Origin: the human T2T-CHM13v2.0 reference genome, Homo sapiens
Assembly: GCF_009914755.1 (NCBI RefSeq)
Contig: NC_060929.1
Length of the DNA: 64,000 nucleotides
Reading direction: 5' to 3' (one strand)
Position numbers and translations under genes: made by a program. A model generated the notes under the pieces. It had not been told where the DNA came from. It ran no database searches and saw only the letters and a program-made list of their open reading frames with translations. Numbering within the stretch: the first letter of the stretch is position 1; every line of letters begins with the position of its first letter. This document shows positions 1 through 13,358 of this stretch, piece after piece.

Positions 1-178
1 GTTTAGAACTGAGGATATGGGTCAGGGGATGAGTTCACGAAGCATTGACCCTCCTAGAGCCCCAGTGTTCCCATCAGTCAAATGGGAATGCTGACCACTG
101 GCCATCCGCTGCACCTTGGGAAGGTACTGATGAGAGCACAGCTGTGAATGTCACTTGGGAACTAGAAAGTGCTATATC

Positions 179-523
179 TGTGTCTCAGTCTGTTTCTGCT
201 TCTGTAACAACATACCATAAACTGGGTGGCTTATACACAACAGAACTTTATTTCTCACAGTTCTGGAGGCTGGGAAGCCTAAGATCGAGGCACCGGCAGA
301 TTTTGTATCTGGTGAGGACGCATTTCCTGGTTCGTAGATTGCAGCTTCTTGTATTCTCACAGGGTGGGAGGGGCAACCGAGCTTACTTGGGTCTGTTTTA
401 TAAGGGTACGCATCCCATTCATGACCTCATCACCTCCCAGAGGCCTCGCCTCCTCATGGCCTCACCATGGGGGTAAGGATTTCAACATAAATTTGCGGGA
501 TCACAAACATTCAGACCGTAGTA
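179..523 (-). mobile_element. MaLR solo LTR (MLT1A-like)
   Basis: Diagnostic TTTATTTCTCACAGTTCTGGAGGCTGGGAAG...CACAAACATTCAGACC. Confidence 0.8.
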
Positions 524-1637
524 ATCTGTGACCACCACTCATGGATGTCTGATCCATGCCATGTTCCCAACCTGTGGTACTTTATCTTTGTAAGAACCCT
601 AGGAGGCAGGATTGTTTTTATTATCCCCATTTTGTGACTAGAAACCTAGGTGGCAAGAAACAATGTCCTGATCTGAAAGGATCAGTGTTAACCGCAAAGC
701 CAGTGCCCTTTTGCCTCCCTTGTCTAGGCTTCCTTCCATCTCAAGACAGTCCTTCTTTCTGCACTTTTCTCCCCTCTGGAAAGTCATTCACACGTATATT
801 CCTTTATTTGTTCATTAAATGCTGAGTTCTGCGTGTTTCCCCCCTATGTGGATCTCAGAAATTTGATAAGTACAGAATTGTATCAAATGCTTGAGCAGGG
901 TGTTCTCCAGAGGGCCTGTCTGGTTTTATGTTCTCTTTTCCAGAGGGGTCAGTGAGGACCAGAGGGGGGAGGTGACCCAATGAAGGACGCATAGTGAGTA
1001 CTGACAGACCCAGAACCCAAGCTGTCACTGCAGCCACCCCTCCGCCCCACCTCCTCCAGCTTCCTTCCACTCAGTAGTTCTGAGAATCTGCTCTGGACCA
1101 GGCACTAAGCTAGGTGATTTGCTGATTATAGCCAGGAAAGTAGAGCCACCAATTTTTCCTGAAGATGCATTCTTTCTTAAGCAGGGAATCAATTTCCAGC
1201 AAGATCACAAGCTTCCAATGAAGCCACTTATGTGAGTCTGGAGGAAACCCCATTAATCCACGGCCAGGGTTATTTATCTCCCTGGCTTGGGGCAGCCACA
1301 GTCCTTTCAGATGAGCGATGTGGTGTTGCTGGAGAAGGGGGGCCCACGGCAGGGGGTGAGCAGGCACGTTGAGGGGCCAGAGAGGCCCTACACACGGGCC
1401 GTACAAACAGTGTGTTTGGTCCCAGGTCTGTCCTTGCTCAGCCACAAACTTGCTGTATGACTTGGGCCATTCCCAACCCTTGCCTGAAGCTCCATTTCCC
1501 CACCTGCAGATGGGAATGAATGGTCTTGAATGTTCCTTCTCACTTTCGGAAGCAGGATGGTGAATGAGGATCCTGGCTTCACAGGGAGAGAAGAGACTTG
1601 GGTTTGAATCCAAGCTTCACCCTTTTGGGACCCTGGG

Positions 1638-2010
1638 TGTTATGGGTTGAATTGTATCCTCTCAAAAAAGGTGTGCTGAAGCCCTAAACCCCCAGTGCCT
1701 CAGAATGTGACCTCCTTGGAGCTAGGGTCTTCACAGAGATAATCAAGTTAAAATGAGGTCATTAGGGTGGGCCCTCATCCAGTATGGCTAGTGTCCTTAT
1801 CAAAAGGGGCAATTGGGGCACAGAGACAGATATGCATAGAGGGAAGAAAACATGAAAAAACAAGGAGAAAATGGTCATGTACAAGCCAAGGAGAAAGGCC
1901 TGGAACAGACTCTCAGAAGGAACCATTCCTGCAGACACCCTAATCTCAGACTTCTGTTGTTTAAGCTACCACCCAGTTGTGGTCCTTTGTTATGGAAGCC
2001 CTAGCAACCT
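1638..2010 (+). mobile_element. MaLR solo LTR (MLT1B/C-like), Alu inserted at its 3' end
   Basis: TGTTATGGGTTGAATTGT...CTCAGAATGTGACC...GTTATGGAAGCCCTAGCAA. Confidence 0.8.
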
Positions 2011-2016
2011 AATTTA

Positions 2017-2318
2017 TTTATTTATTTACTTACTTACAATTTATTTATTTATTCGAGACTGAGTCTTGCTCTGTCGCCCAGGCTGGAGTGCAGTGGCGTG
2101 ATCTCTGCTCACTGCAATCTTTGCCATCCATGCCTCAGCCTCCTGAGTAGCTGGGATTACAGGCACCCGCCGCCATACCTAGCTCATTTTTGTATTTTTA
2201 GTAGAAATGCAGTTTTACCATGTTGGCCAGGCTGGTCTCAAACTCCTGACTTCAAGTGATCTGCCCGCCTCGGCCTCCCAAAGTGCTGGGATTACAGGTG
2301 TGAGCCACCGCGCCTGTT
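2017..2318 (-). mobile_element. Alu (S-like) with 17-bp target-site duplication
   Basis: Antisense Alu, (TTTA)n tail; TSD cctagcaacctaattta at 2000-2016 and 2319-2335. Confidence 0.93.
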
Positions 2319-3685
2319 CCTAGCAACCTAATTTAAATGACTTGCCGACATGGGGACGGTAGCACCCACCCTGCTGGGTTGATTTAAGACTGATGAGAGC
2401 ATGTATAGAAGGCACTTAGCATGGGCCTTGGCATCCAGTAAGGGCTCCATAATAGCAGCGGCTGTTAGTTTGTGCTTCAACCTCCCAGCTCCACTGGCAG
2501 GGCCTGTGGAAGCCTCCCGGGACAGGACAAGAAGGCCTTAATTCAGACCTTTCAAAAAGAACTGGGCCACTTGAAGCACTCCTTCAAAAGCCTCTCTAAA
2601 TATGGAGATGGCCAGAGAAATCACTATTAATGTGGCGCTTAATGGTTTTTAGCTAGAGAGTGGTCTTAGCCTAATTGACAAGGCCGCGAAGCTGAGGTTT
2701 CTTTGTTTTTATGTGCTGGGTACACTTTGAGTATGTTGAGCTGCTATGGGCAATCAATAAGTGTAGTCATCACAGCCATTTTATGGACATTTTGTAAAGG
2801 AGGCGGTATGGTTTCGAGGGAAGGACACTCACCGGATGACCCCGAACAAATCCATTATCCTCTTTGGGTCTCAGTTTCCATATTTGCAAAGTGAAGGAGA
2901 TAGACCAGCTAGGTTGGGAGTTCTTAAGCTAGTTCTATGAAGTTCTAAAAGTTAAGTGTACATTTTGTGCACATACCTGCATCTTCTGGGGAAAAATGTA
3001 CATAGCTTTTGTCTGGTTTTTGAAGGGACCTCTGCCTCCCAGATTGTTCACCATGACTTACCTGGACAACTCTCAGAGCTGCGGGTTCCTGGCTAGTCTG
3101 GGATTCTGGGACTCTGGTTCTAAAGCTGTTTCTAAGAAGCAAGGCCTACAAAGGTGGCTGCTCTGAGTTACTGGAGAGAGGGAGATCTGGAACATAGAGC
3201 TCACCCAAGATCTTATTGCTGGGGGCTTTGCTGGCCTCGGAGGCCCCAGCTGCCTAGCAACCCGTGTCTCTGCTTTTGGCCCTCCCTTGTGTCCCACAGT
3301 CCCTAGATGGTGTCTGAGAGGTACCTCCCCAACCCACCACCTGTCCCCTCCTGGATGGCTACAACAGCTGTTAAACCATCTCCCTGCTTCTATGCTGGTC
3401 CTACCCCCATCACACTTGGGGTAAAACCCAAATCCTTTCCAATCCCTTCCTGATCCAGCCTCCACCAGCCTTTCTAGTGTCATCTTTTCCCATTTCCTCC
3501 ATCCCCCACCCCTGGTCACCAAGCTGCAGCCTCACTGACCTCAACGCCTTGTGCCTTGGGCTCAGTCCCCACGGGGGTCTTTGCCTCTGACTGTCCCTCT
3601 GCCTGCAATGCTCTTCCCACCTCTTCCACTACCTGGCTTCTCCTTCAAGAAGTTTTTCCTGACATTCCATCTGATTTAGATTCTG

Positions 3686-3965
3686 GGCTGGGCACAGTGG
3701 CTGACACCTGTAATCCCAGCACTTTGTGGGGCTGAGGTGGGATGAGACAAGCCTGGGCAACATAGAGAGACCCCTGTCTGTACAAAAAATTAAAAAAGAA
3801 AAATTAGCCAGGTGTGGTGGTGCACACCTGTACTCTCAGCTACTTAGGAGGCTGAGGTTGAAGGATTGCTTGAACTTAAGGGGTTGAGGCTACAGTGAGT
3901 CGTGATCAAGCCATGTTGTATTCTAGCCTGGGCAACAGAGCAGGATCCTGTCTCTAAACACAAAG
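3686..3965 (+). mobile_element. Alu (J-like, internal deletion)
   Basis: GGCTGGGCACAGTGGCT...TGTAATCCCAGCACTTTG. Confidence 0.88.
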
Positions 3966-4154
3966 AGCGTGAAAAGATAGATTTTGTTTCCTGTTATCTT
4001 CCATCAGTGCACCTTGTTTGTTTCTCCTTCATAGCACTAACTCAGTCTAGAATGAAATATTTACATGTTTTCTTCCCTCACTAAGATGTCAACTCACGGA
4101 GGAAGGAGCTGAGTCTTATATAACACAGTGCCTGGCTCATAGTAGCATTGAACA

Positions 4155-4450
4155 TGCCCACTAGAATGGCTAAAATAAAGTGACTGACAATACCAAGTGT
4201 TGGAGAGGGTGCAGAAGAATTGAACTCATACAGCTGATGGGAGTGTACAAAGTGAGTGTTCTCTCATTGTGGAAAACAGTTTTCTGTTTTATAAACTTAC
4301 ACACATGCTTACCATATGGCCCAACAGTTTCACTCGTAGGTATTTACCCAAGAGAAGTAAAGACATATGTCCAAACAAGACTTGTATGCAAGTATTGCAG
4401 ACTTACTAGAAATGGCCCAAAACAGGAAACAAACCAATTATCCATGTAGA
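4155..4450 (+). mobile_element. Ancient L1 (L1M) ORF2-end fragment
   Basis: cccactagaatggctaaaat...gacaataccaagtgttgg...ggtatttacccaagagaa. Confidence 0.75.
4237..4251 (+). CDS. PPARGC1B: Candidate alternative N-terminal exon of PGC-1beta (MGVYK), inside an L1 fossil
   Basis: ATG GGA GTG TAC AAA followed by consensus donor GTGAGT (4252-4257), phase 0 matching exon 2; I recall an annotated isoform beginning MGVYK (unverified). Confidence 0.6.
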
Positions 4451-5944
4451 ACAGGACCACGGCTGCATCCCCACAGTCTGCTTGGGCACGAAGGAGAAAG
4501 AAGCTCCCAAGAGGCAGCTGAGAGAATCCACCTGAGTTCCCGCAGCAGGGGCAGCCACTGAGTGCTGGTGATTTGTAGTTGGGGGGCATGACAGTTGGGC
4601 TTGTGGGGAGAGCGGTACCTGGGGGACCCAGAGATTGAGGAAGCACCTGTGTCCCTCTCATCTTCAGATTCCCAATCAGGTTCAGAAGTGTTCTGCTCTT
4701 CTCTGGAGAGTCATGATTTAGAATTACATGTTTTGTTTGTGTGATTATTTGTTTAATGTCATCCTTCCCCACCCACCATCACAGTGCCTGGCTCAGAGTG
4801 AGTGGGCTCTCAATAATGAGGATTGTGGAATACATGTGGATTGGAGAAAGAATGGGCAGGTGGTGGGCAGGGTGGTGGGGCCATGCTCCCAGAGACAGAC
4901 TTGCTGGGCACCTTGCTGCCTGCTTGAGGACAGGGGACCGGCCGCTTGAGAGGACCTGGGCCTGTTGCCGCCTGTGTAGGCAGGATTCTTGCAAAATGCC
5001 AATTAAGACATTTGACCCAAATTTGGATAAAAGCCTTTTTCCTGTGTCAAGTTGAGCTAATAATATACATTTATTCATAATTTATGAGGCCTAGTAAGTG
5101 GGAACAATTAAGGGAAAGGTCTGGGGAAAACCTGTTTCTCTTAAGTGTCACATATGCCTCTTTTTGTTCTCTGAGAAGTTCCCGCTCCTCTCTGCCTACC
5201 ATGAAATACCATTGTTTTATCATTATTATTATCATTATTTGTTATATTACTCTTAGCTGACATTTATTGAGCAGTTACTAGGCCGGGCTATAATGACATT
5301 GCCTCTTTTAATCTTAACATATAAGGCAGATATTGTTGTTGTCCACGTTTTACAGATGAAGGGACTTGCCCAAAGTCCACAACTGGTGAATGGGGATCTC
5401 AACTCACTTCTGCCAGGCCCCAGGGCCAACAGAACATCACCAAGCCATTCTGTTTCTGTGTCAGCCCCCCAACTCAGGCTATTTCTGAATCTGTAGGGCA
5501 GTTCTTCTATTGGTAACCATTAAACTGGGGAGACCAGGGTGAGAAATTGATTGGCTTCTGATTCAGTAGCTCTGGGTTTAGGCCTGAGAATTTATATTAT
5601 TTCCAACATACCAGGTTTCCAGGTGATTCTGGTGCTGCCCGTCTGGGACTACACTTTGAGAACCACTGATTCAGGCAATGCTGTTATCAGAGTCACCTGT
5701 GGCTCCCTTCTCCCCTACTCACTGCTGTTAGGTGGGTTTATGACCGTCTAGATCTTTTCCTGTGTGTTTGCATACATGCTATCCTACATAGAGAAATATA
5801 TGGCTTGATTTTTACTTTCTTTACACATGTGGGGTTATATTTTACATGCTGGTATTCTACAACTTTTTTATTTAATGTGTCTTGGAGAACACACAGATCT
5901 TCCTCATTCTTTTCAACAGCACTGTAGTATTTCATGATATGGGT

Positions 5945-6396
<452 letters not shown>

Positions 6397-6905
6397 TAAT
6401 TTTAGACATTACATATATTCCTATAAAATTCCTGGGAACATGAATGGGTGTTTCTCCAGAACCTAGCAGTCACACAATACTGTCAGTCATTATTATTGCT
6501 GTTTTTTGTTTCATTATTAATATAGAGGCATTGTTAGCTTTAAGAAGTCCACTTATAAGTGGGGACATATGTGTAAAGGATTAGCTCCTCTATTTACAGT
6601 CTTTAATAAAGTTTTCAACAAAACAGTTCTGGTAACAGGAGGACAGAGATGTATGTGGGCAGGGCCTTGAGGGATATGTAGGAGTGCAGAGGGGAGAGCA
6701 GCAGGGGGTTTTGTACTGCTGGGGCCTAGCTTAGCTACCAGAAGATTCAACCAAGGGGTGAAGCTGATCTTTCCATTTCTTGGTCATTTGGCAAAATCGG
6801 GCCTTGGCCACGGGTCCAGATTAGCTGCATCATTATTGAGAGGGCCCCTGCTTGGGTCTAGCCAGCCTCAGCTCTGATCCACCTCTTTCCTTCCTGTCTC
6901 CTCAG

Positions 6906-7079
6906 GGTGGAGGGTCCGGGGAGGAGCAACTCTATGCTGACTTTCCAGAACTTGACCTCTCCCAGCTGGATGCCAGCGACTTTGACTCGGCCACCTGCTT
7001 TGGGGAGCTGCAGTGGTGCCCAGAGAACTCAGAGACTGAACCCAACCAGTACAGCCCCGATGACTCCGAGCTCTTCCAG
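6906..7079 (+). CDS. PPARGC1B: PGC-1beta exon 2 (acidic activation domain, [22 protein letters not shown]...ELFQ)
   Basis: Pyrimidine tract plus ctcag acceptor ending 6905; donor gtatgc at 7080; 174 nt, phase 0/0; PGC-1 family motif [11 protein letters not shown]. Confidence 0.97.
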
Positions 7080-10000
7080 GTATGCCCTTTCCAGTCTCCC
7101 CTCCTCCCACCCTGCCAGGCCTCTCTCTCCTCAAAATCCCGGCTCTGCCCTGCTCTGCCTTCTCCTGCACTTGCTCATGCAGAGAAATCCCCTCACCCAC
7201 CAAAGCTGTTGGGCCCCGGTTTCTCGTGCTGGATGGGCCCCTGATCTGGCGCAGCGCACATGCCTCACCTGGCCCTTGCTGTGTCACCTCCAGAAAGTAA
7301 GGGTGAGATGAACTGCTCTCTAGGCCTCCCGAGCAGAACCAAGCCCCTTCGTGTGCCACAGAGGTCCAAGTCCTCTGTTCCCTACATTATCTCATCCAGT
7401 CTTCGTCCCCACCCTGCAAGACAGGGTCCAGTATTTTCCCATTTTACAGATAAGGAAAATGAGGCTTGGAAAAGTTAAGTCATGTGCCTAGGGCAATTAA
7501 CCTAGTCAGAAGTTGAACTGGATTCAAACCCAGTCTTCTTGCCTCCAGAGCCGGGACTTTACGACCATGATGATACCATAATGAGATGACTGGCATTTAT
7601 TGAGCAGCTGTTCTGTGGGAGAGCTGTCCCTGTTTGTGTATATTAATTCATTTAAATTTCTTAACAACTCTCAGTTGTAAATACAATTATCTCCCTTTTT
7701 CAGCTGGAGCCTAGAGGTTCTTTAATAAGAGGGAGTGCCAAGAACCACTATTATGCATGTGCCTCTCCCAGCCCTGTGTGCTCCAGCGCCCAGCCTCAGG
7801 GGCATGTAATGGCTAGCATTTCCTGTAAGAAGGCCTCTTACGGAATAATATGATGTCTGGGGTTTGCTTCAGAAGAAAGCAAGCTCTGCATGGATTTGCA
7901 TGTGTGGGTGGGAGTGTGCGGCCTAGAGGGTAATCGATGAAATTGGATTGGCCGTATTTAGCTGGGTGATGGACACATTCAGATTCATGATTCTTTTCTT
8001 GGAATTTTCTCCCTCATAAAGATTGGGGGCAGAAGCCATAGCTCCCTGTGCCTGTCTGGCAGTATAATAATAATAACAACCACAATAACATCGCGTGTGC
8101 TGAACACCAAGGTGGTGTGCCGCAAGCGTCCTCTCCAAGCGTCCTCCTCATGGATTTTATCATCCTTTTAGAAACGTTTACCAAGCCCCCTATGTGTCAG
8201 GCACTGTGTTCATCCGAGGACTTTACCGTCTGTAAACATGTGAACAAACAGCAGTCACTTGTGATAAGGGCAGAAAGGAAATAGAGAAGGGACTGTGGAC
8301 TGAGTGGTCGGGAAAGGCCTCTCTGAGGAAGAGAAGCTATCAGTTGTGTACTCCTAATAATCGATTTTACAGACAAGGAAAGGGAAGCTCAGAAAGGCTG
8401 AGTAACTCGCCCAAGGTCAAACAGCTAGTAAGGATCCAGGCAAAGACTGTAATCTAGGAACCCACACCCCTCACCGCTACACTGAACCCCTTTGCCAACC
8501 CTGTGAGGAATTACCAGAACCAAACTGTAGTTCTGGCTCCAACCGGAGACCTCCATTTTCTTGCTTGAACAATGGGGACAATTCCTTTGCTATATTGTTC
8601 CTTTCCTCTTAGGGGGCCAACTCCAGAAAATGCTTTTAGGTTGCAGAGAACTCATGAGTGAAAAGGGGTTTGGATGCTCCCTGAAAACCATCCCCACTGA
8701 GACTGTATAGGCCCCCCACCTACTCAGAAAATGGCCAGACCCACCAGTAAGCTTCTGATGAGGTCCTACTAATGCTTTCAGGCACAAGTAAGCTTGGTGC
8801 GGCCCCAGTCCTGCAAGGAAGACAGTCCTCACAGCTGGCTGAGCTCTGCCCTCCCAGCCCCTCTCCCTTTCATGGGCTGCACACTCCACCAGCTCTCCTG
8901 AGACTAGACTAGCTCTATCCATTGCTCACCGATGCACCCTCTGTGCATGTGACTGGGGCCTGTCCCCAGCCCCTGCTCCCTGCCCATCGGAAACTCTGAG
9001 TGTGGGCTGTGTCTGCATTGTGCATGGTTGTATTCCCAGGGCTGTGCACAGTGCCTGGCACTTTGTCAGGGCTTAACAGTCATCCACTGAATGAATCCTT
9101 CGACACGCAGCTCTCCTGATGCCTCCTCCTAAGGCAGTTGGTCACTTAGTCCCTCTCATGGGCTCCCATCTCTTGCACGCATGTGTGTCCTTCAGACTGC
9201 AAGGTCCTTGGGGACAAACAACACTTTATTCATCTCTGGGGGCCCTTGCACATTGTAAGGACTCAATTCATAGGTGTTGAATGAAGGAACTGATTAAACT
9301 GACCCATTCCAAAAACCTTGAGCTGGGATCTAGGAGCCATAGGTTCTAGTCCCCCTTCTGGCACTAACTTGGACAGTTTCTTCATGGGACCAATGGGAAT
9401 CACGGAGTCTTGCTGCCAGTGCCAAGCTGTGTTAACAATTAAATGGCACCATTGTTATGGAAACAAACTGGGAGAGTAGAGAACAAGCTACAGTTGCAAG
9501 GGTTGACACTTCCTCAGGGACAGGGACGTTGCCTTCCATTTCTCTTCCATTTCTGGGACTCTTGTCCCAGAGTCCTTAGGGTTGGGGCATGACAAGCCCT
9601 TAGTAAATATTTCTAGAGTAAGGCAGGTATTTTGTTGTTTTGTGACAATTTGCCATGTGTCCTTGGATGAGTAGCTCCCTTTGGTTGGGCCTCAGTTTTC
9701 CCATGTGAGGAATGAGGAAGGGGCGTGGACAAATCAATCTGTTGAGGCCGCAGGAGGAGAGTCACTGAGTCTGGACCTACTCCCAGAAAAATAGGAGAGG
9801 GAGTGGCCAATTTCCTGGGTTTCTTGAACCTCAATTTAAGCCCCATGGATAGTAGCGATCTCTGATATTCTTTCTGCCCTGGTAGCCTACATTCTGTTCC
9901 GTGATGTTTCTTCAAGCCACTCTAGGTCCTCAAAATGAAGCCTTTTCCCTCAGATTTCTTGAAGGCTCGTTTTCCTCCTGCTTGAGATCAGCTCAGGAAG

Positions 10001-13000
10001 ACTGGGGGTGGGGCTGAGTCTATTAATATCCCTTCCTCAGCTGATTAACTCTCCATTAATTTGCACTCTGTTTCTGTGCTGAGCAGGGAGAGCCGAGCTA
10101 ATGGGCCTGGGGAAGAGGAGAGGGGTGGCACAGCTCCCTGGGATGGATGGCTGGAGGAAGCAGTGGCCAGCGTGGGCAGGGATGGCTGCTCCTCCCAGTC
10201 AGGCTCAGAGCTTCCTGCCCCACCTGGCTGTTTCAGTGGAGTAGGGTGGGGAGAGGTCGGGAGAAGGAGAAGACTTTTGGTTTTACCCAAATTGATGGGT
10301 GCTTCTTGAGGTCTTCGCCATTTTGGACTCATTTCAGCACCGTGACCGGCACTCAGTAAGTCAGTGTTGGCTCTCTAAGTCCTGGGTTCTAGTCCTTAGT
10401 CCTACCCCTGACTCACTGTGTGACCTTGAAAGGTCTCTTTCCTGGGGCTTTATTCCTCCCCTGCCACCACGCCCCCCAAAAATAATGGCAGATAGATTTC
10501 CTTGTGAGTGCCAACTGTGATTGATTGGCAGTTGTCACCTGAAGCCCTGCATCAGGGAAAATGCTGGCATGGAAGGAAGCAGCTGTTAGCAATACAGGGG
10601 AGCAGTAGCGTGTGCGCCACGCATTTGAAATCTCTCTTCACTACATGGTTCCTGAGAGCCCTTCCGGCTCTGATATTTGTGATAATTCACAATATCTCTG
10701 GGCCCTTGGTACTCTCCCTGGGAAAGAGTGAGAATTCTCAGTTCGTGCAGTGCTGATGATGTCATCTCTGAATGACTTCCCTCTAGAATCTGCTCTTTGA
10801 GACACTGAACTTAGCCTCCCGCCATTGTTCATTGTTTGGTTCATTCACTCTTTCATTAAGTAAATCTGCCGTGGTGCCTCCCATGTCCCAGGCATTGAGC
10901 TTAGGGACCTAAGCACTCTACAAAGCACTCTCATTACTGCTTCCAGACTTGGCCTTCTGGGAGCCCAGGGAGGAAGGCTGGCCAGGGATCATGTCTTCCC
11001 ATTTCACAGGGAAAGGAGCAAGGCATAGAGGAGGGAAACGACTTGCCTAAGATCACCCTTTTGATGGCAGAACCCCAAGAGTGGTCGCTGAGGCCCAAGT
11101 TCCAGGATCTTAACTCTCCATCAAGCTGGACAGATGGTTCTGGGCTGGACAGGGTTGGGAGTCTGGCCTGAGGGTTGAAGGAGACTTGTGGGTAGGGGGT
11201 GGGGGCAGCCAATGAGCCCGCTTGCATTCTAAAGCCAGAGTCCTCGGACCCTGATCTACCCTCGGGCCTCCATCCCCAGGGCCTGGGTCAGGCCCAACCA
11301 AAATCTTCTTTTGACCTTTCTTTTATTCTTAGCTCTGTTCTAAAAATTACAAACGCGTTTGTTCTCTCCCCGTGTTCCCCCTTCGAACTACTCAGCTGCT
11401 GCTCCGGCTGTAAGGCCTGGAACAGATTTAGTGCAGCCAAAAGGCCGTCACGAGACGTGTATTTCAGATGAACTTCCTGCAGAAAGGATAAACAGCCTGA
11501 CCTGGGATGGGAAAGAGTGCCGGAGGAGGCATCATGTGACAGAATGTGCCTTCTGCCAGAACAGCCCGGGGACCAGGCCTTACTAAATGAGGCGCTCGGT
11601 GCCTCACCTAGAAGCCACGTGCTCTCCACACCAGGCCTCTGGGCGTGGGGGCCTGTGGGCTGGGGGAACACACGCCGACCCTCCTTATGGTTCATCTGTG
11701 CATGGGGCACTCTTGCTGTCCAAGTCCTGGCTTTGGACGTTATTTGCTATGTGACCCCTGACAAGTTGCTGAGCCTCCAGGAGCCTCTGTGTCCTCAACT
11801 GCAAAATGGAGATCAGAATCGTGCGCCCCTGGGCGAGGTTGCTGTGAGGCCTCCCTGAGCCTGACAGAGCCTTTCTACTCCTCTCTTCAGCCAAGCGCTG
11901 TGCCTCTGGCCTTTGATTGGGGTTTCCCTCTTCCTGGGTCTCCCCTCCTTAACGCTTTACCTGGCTGGTGTCTTTCAAGCCTACCTTTAAGTATCAGCTG
12001 CTCAGAGAAGGCATCTGGGACCACCCTCAAGAGCCTGTAAGTCCTCACCACATTCTTTTTCTCCATCATGGCTTCCTTTTATTTTCTTCCTAGCCTTTCT
12101 CACGCTCTGAAATGATCTTGTTTGTTTGTTAGTTTCGTCCCATCCTCCACAGGAGGGTAAGCTCCATGGGAGCGGGGCATGTCATTCTCCACGTGCTGTT
12201 TATCACCAGCGTCCAGCATGAAGCCAGGCACAGAGTAGCCACCGGGAAGGGGAAGGAAGGGAGCAAAGAGTGCAGGGGGCAGTTATACTACCACCGCCAC
12301 CACTGTCATCATCATCATCGTCATGGCAGAAATCGTGTAACAGTAGCAGCACTAGCAGTGGTAGTGGTAGTAGTTACAGTCATCACAGTAGCAAGTGCTT
12401 TTATTTTGTGCCAGGCACCATTTTCTAAGCATCTTACCTAAGTTTACTCATCTAGTCCTCAGCAGTAACCTTAGGAAATGTGTGCTGTGTGTTATCCCAC
12501 TTGATAGATGAGAAAGCTAACTTGCCTGAGAGCCCAGAGGTGCTAAGTATGGGACCTGGGGTACAGCCCCAGCTCCAGAGCCCGAGTGTCTAATCACCAT
12601 AGTTGCTACCTCCTCAGGAGTGAATGAGGAGAGTAAGCTCTGGGAACCCGCAGAGAAATTATAGCTGCCTCGTCACTGCTGTGGTTATTATTGTCATGGT
12701 TGAACCCTGGAGCTTCTGGCCTTCACTCTGCCTGGACCCCAGGGTCTGAGGGGCTGTAACGGGTTGCTGCTACCAGTGTGGTAGGCCAGCCTCTGTCCTT
12801 GGTGGGGGAGGTAGGCGTCACTCAGGTGGACAGCCCTGTGCCCAGGTATGTGATAAGCAGCAGAGCCCAGAGTGGGACTCCCAGGCAGGGCCCTTTCCAT
12901 TGTCATCTACTGCCTGTTCATAAAATTCTGGGATTCTTGGAGTCAATAACACATTTATTGGGCATCTGCTATGCCAGGAATACTGAGCAGCTCTGCTGGG

Positions 13001-13145
13001 TGGGCAGAGGGGAGGGTATGGCAGGAGGGTGTTGGTGGGCCAGCTGGCTGGGCAGAGCTGGTGTCCACCGTGGAGACTGAGTCTAAGGTGGTGACTAACC
13101 ATCTCCCCATCTGCCTTTCTGACCCTCCCGCCCTCCTCACTCCAG

Positions 13146-13358
13146 ATTGACAGTGAGAATGAGGCCCTCCTGGCAGAGCTCACCAAGACCCTGGATGACA
13201 TCCCTGAAGATGACGTGGGTCTGGCTGCCTTCCCAGCCCTGGATGGTGGAGACGCTCTATCATGCACCTCAGCTTCGCCTGCCCCCTCATCTGCACCCCC
13301 CAGCCCTGCCCCGGAGAAGCCCTCGGCCCCAGCCCCTGAGGTGGACGAGCTCTCACTG
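13146..13358 (+). CDS. PPARGC1B: PGC-1beta exon 3 ([26 protein letters not shown]...DELSL)
   Basis: tccag acceptor ending 13145, gtaaga donor at 13359; 213 nt, phase 0/0; PGC-1 family sequence. Confidence 0.97.

Noticed and set aside
45-531. 143-aa ORF at window start
   Set aside because: Lies in an MLT1 LTR; typical repeat-derived peptide
12287-12374. Imperfect ~18-bp inverted repeat (ctaccaccgccaccactg / cagtggtagtggtagtag) and His-rich ORF
   Set aside because: Product of adjacent degenerate trinucleotide repeats; 50-nt loop is not pre-miRNA-like
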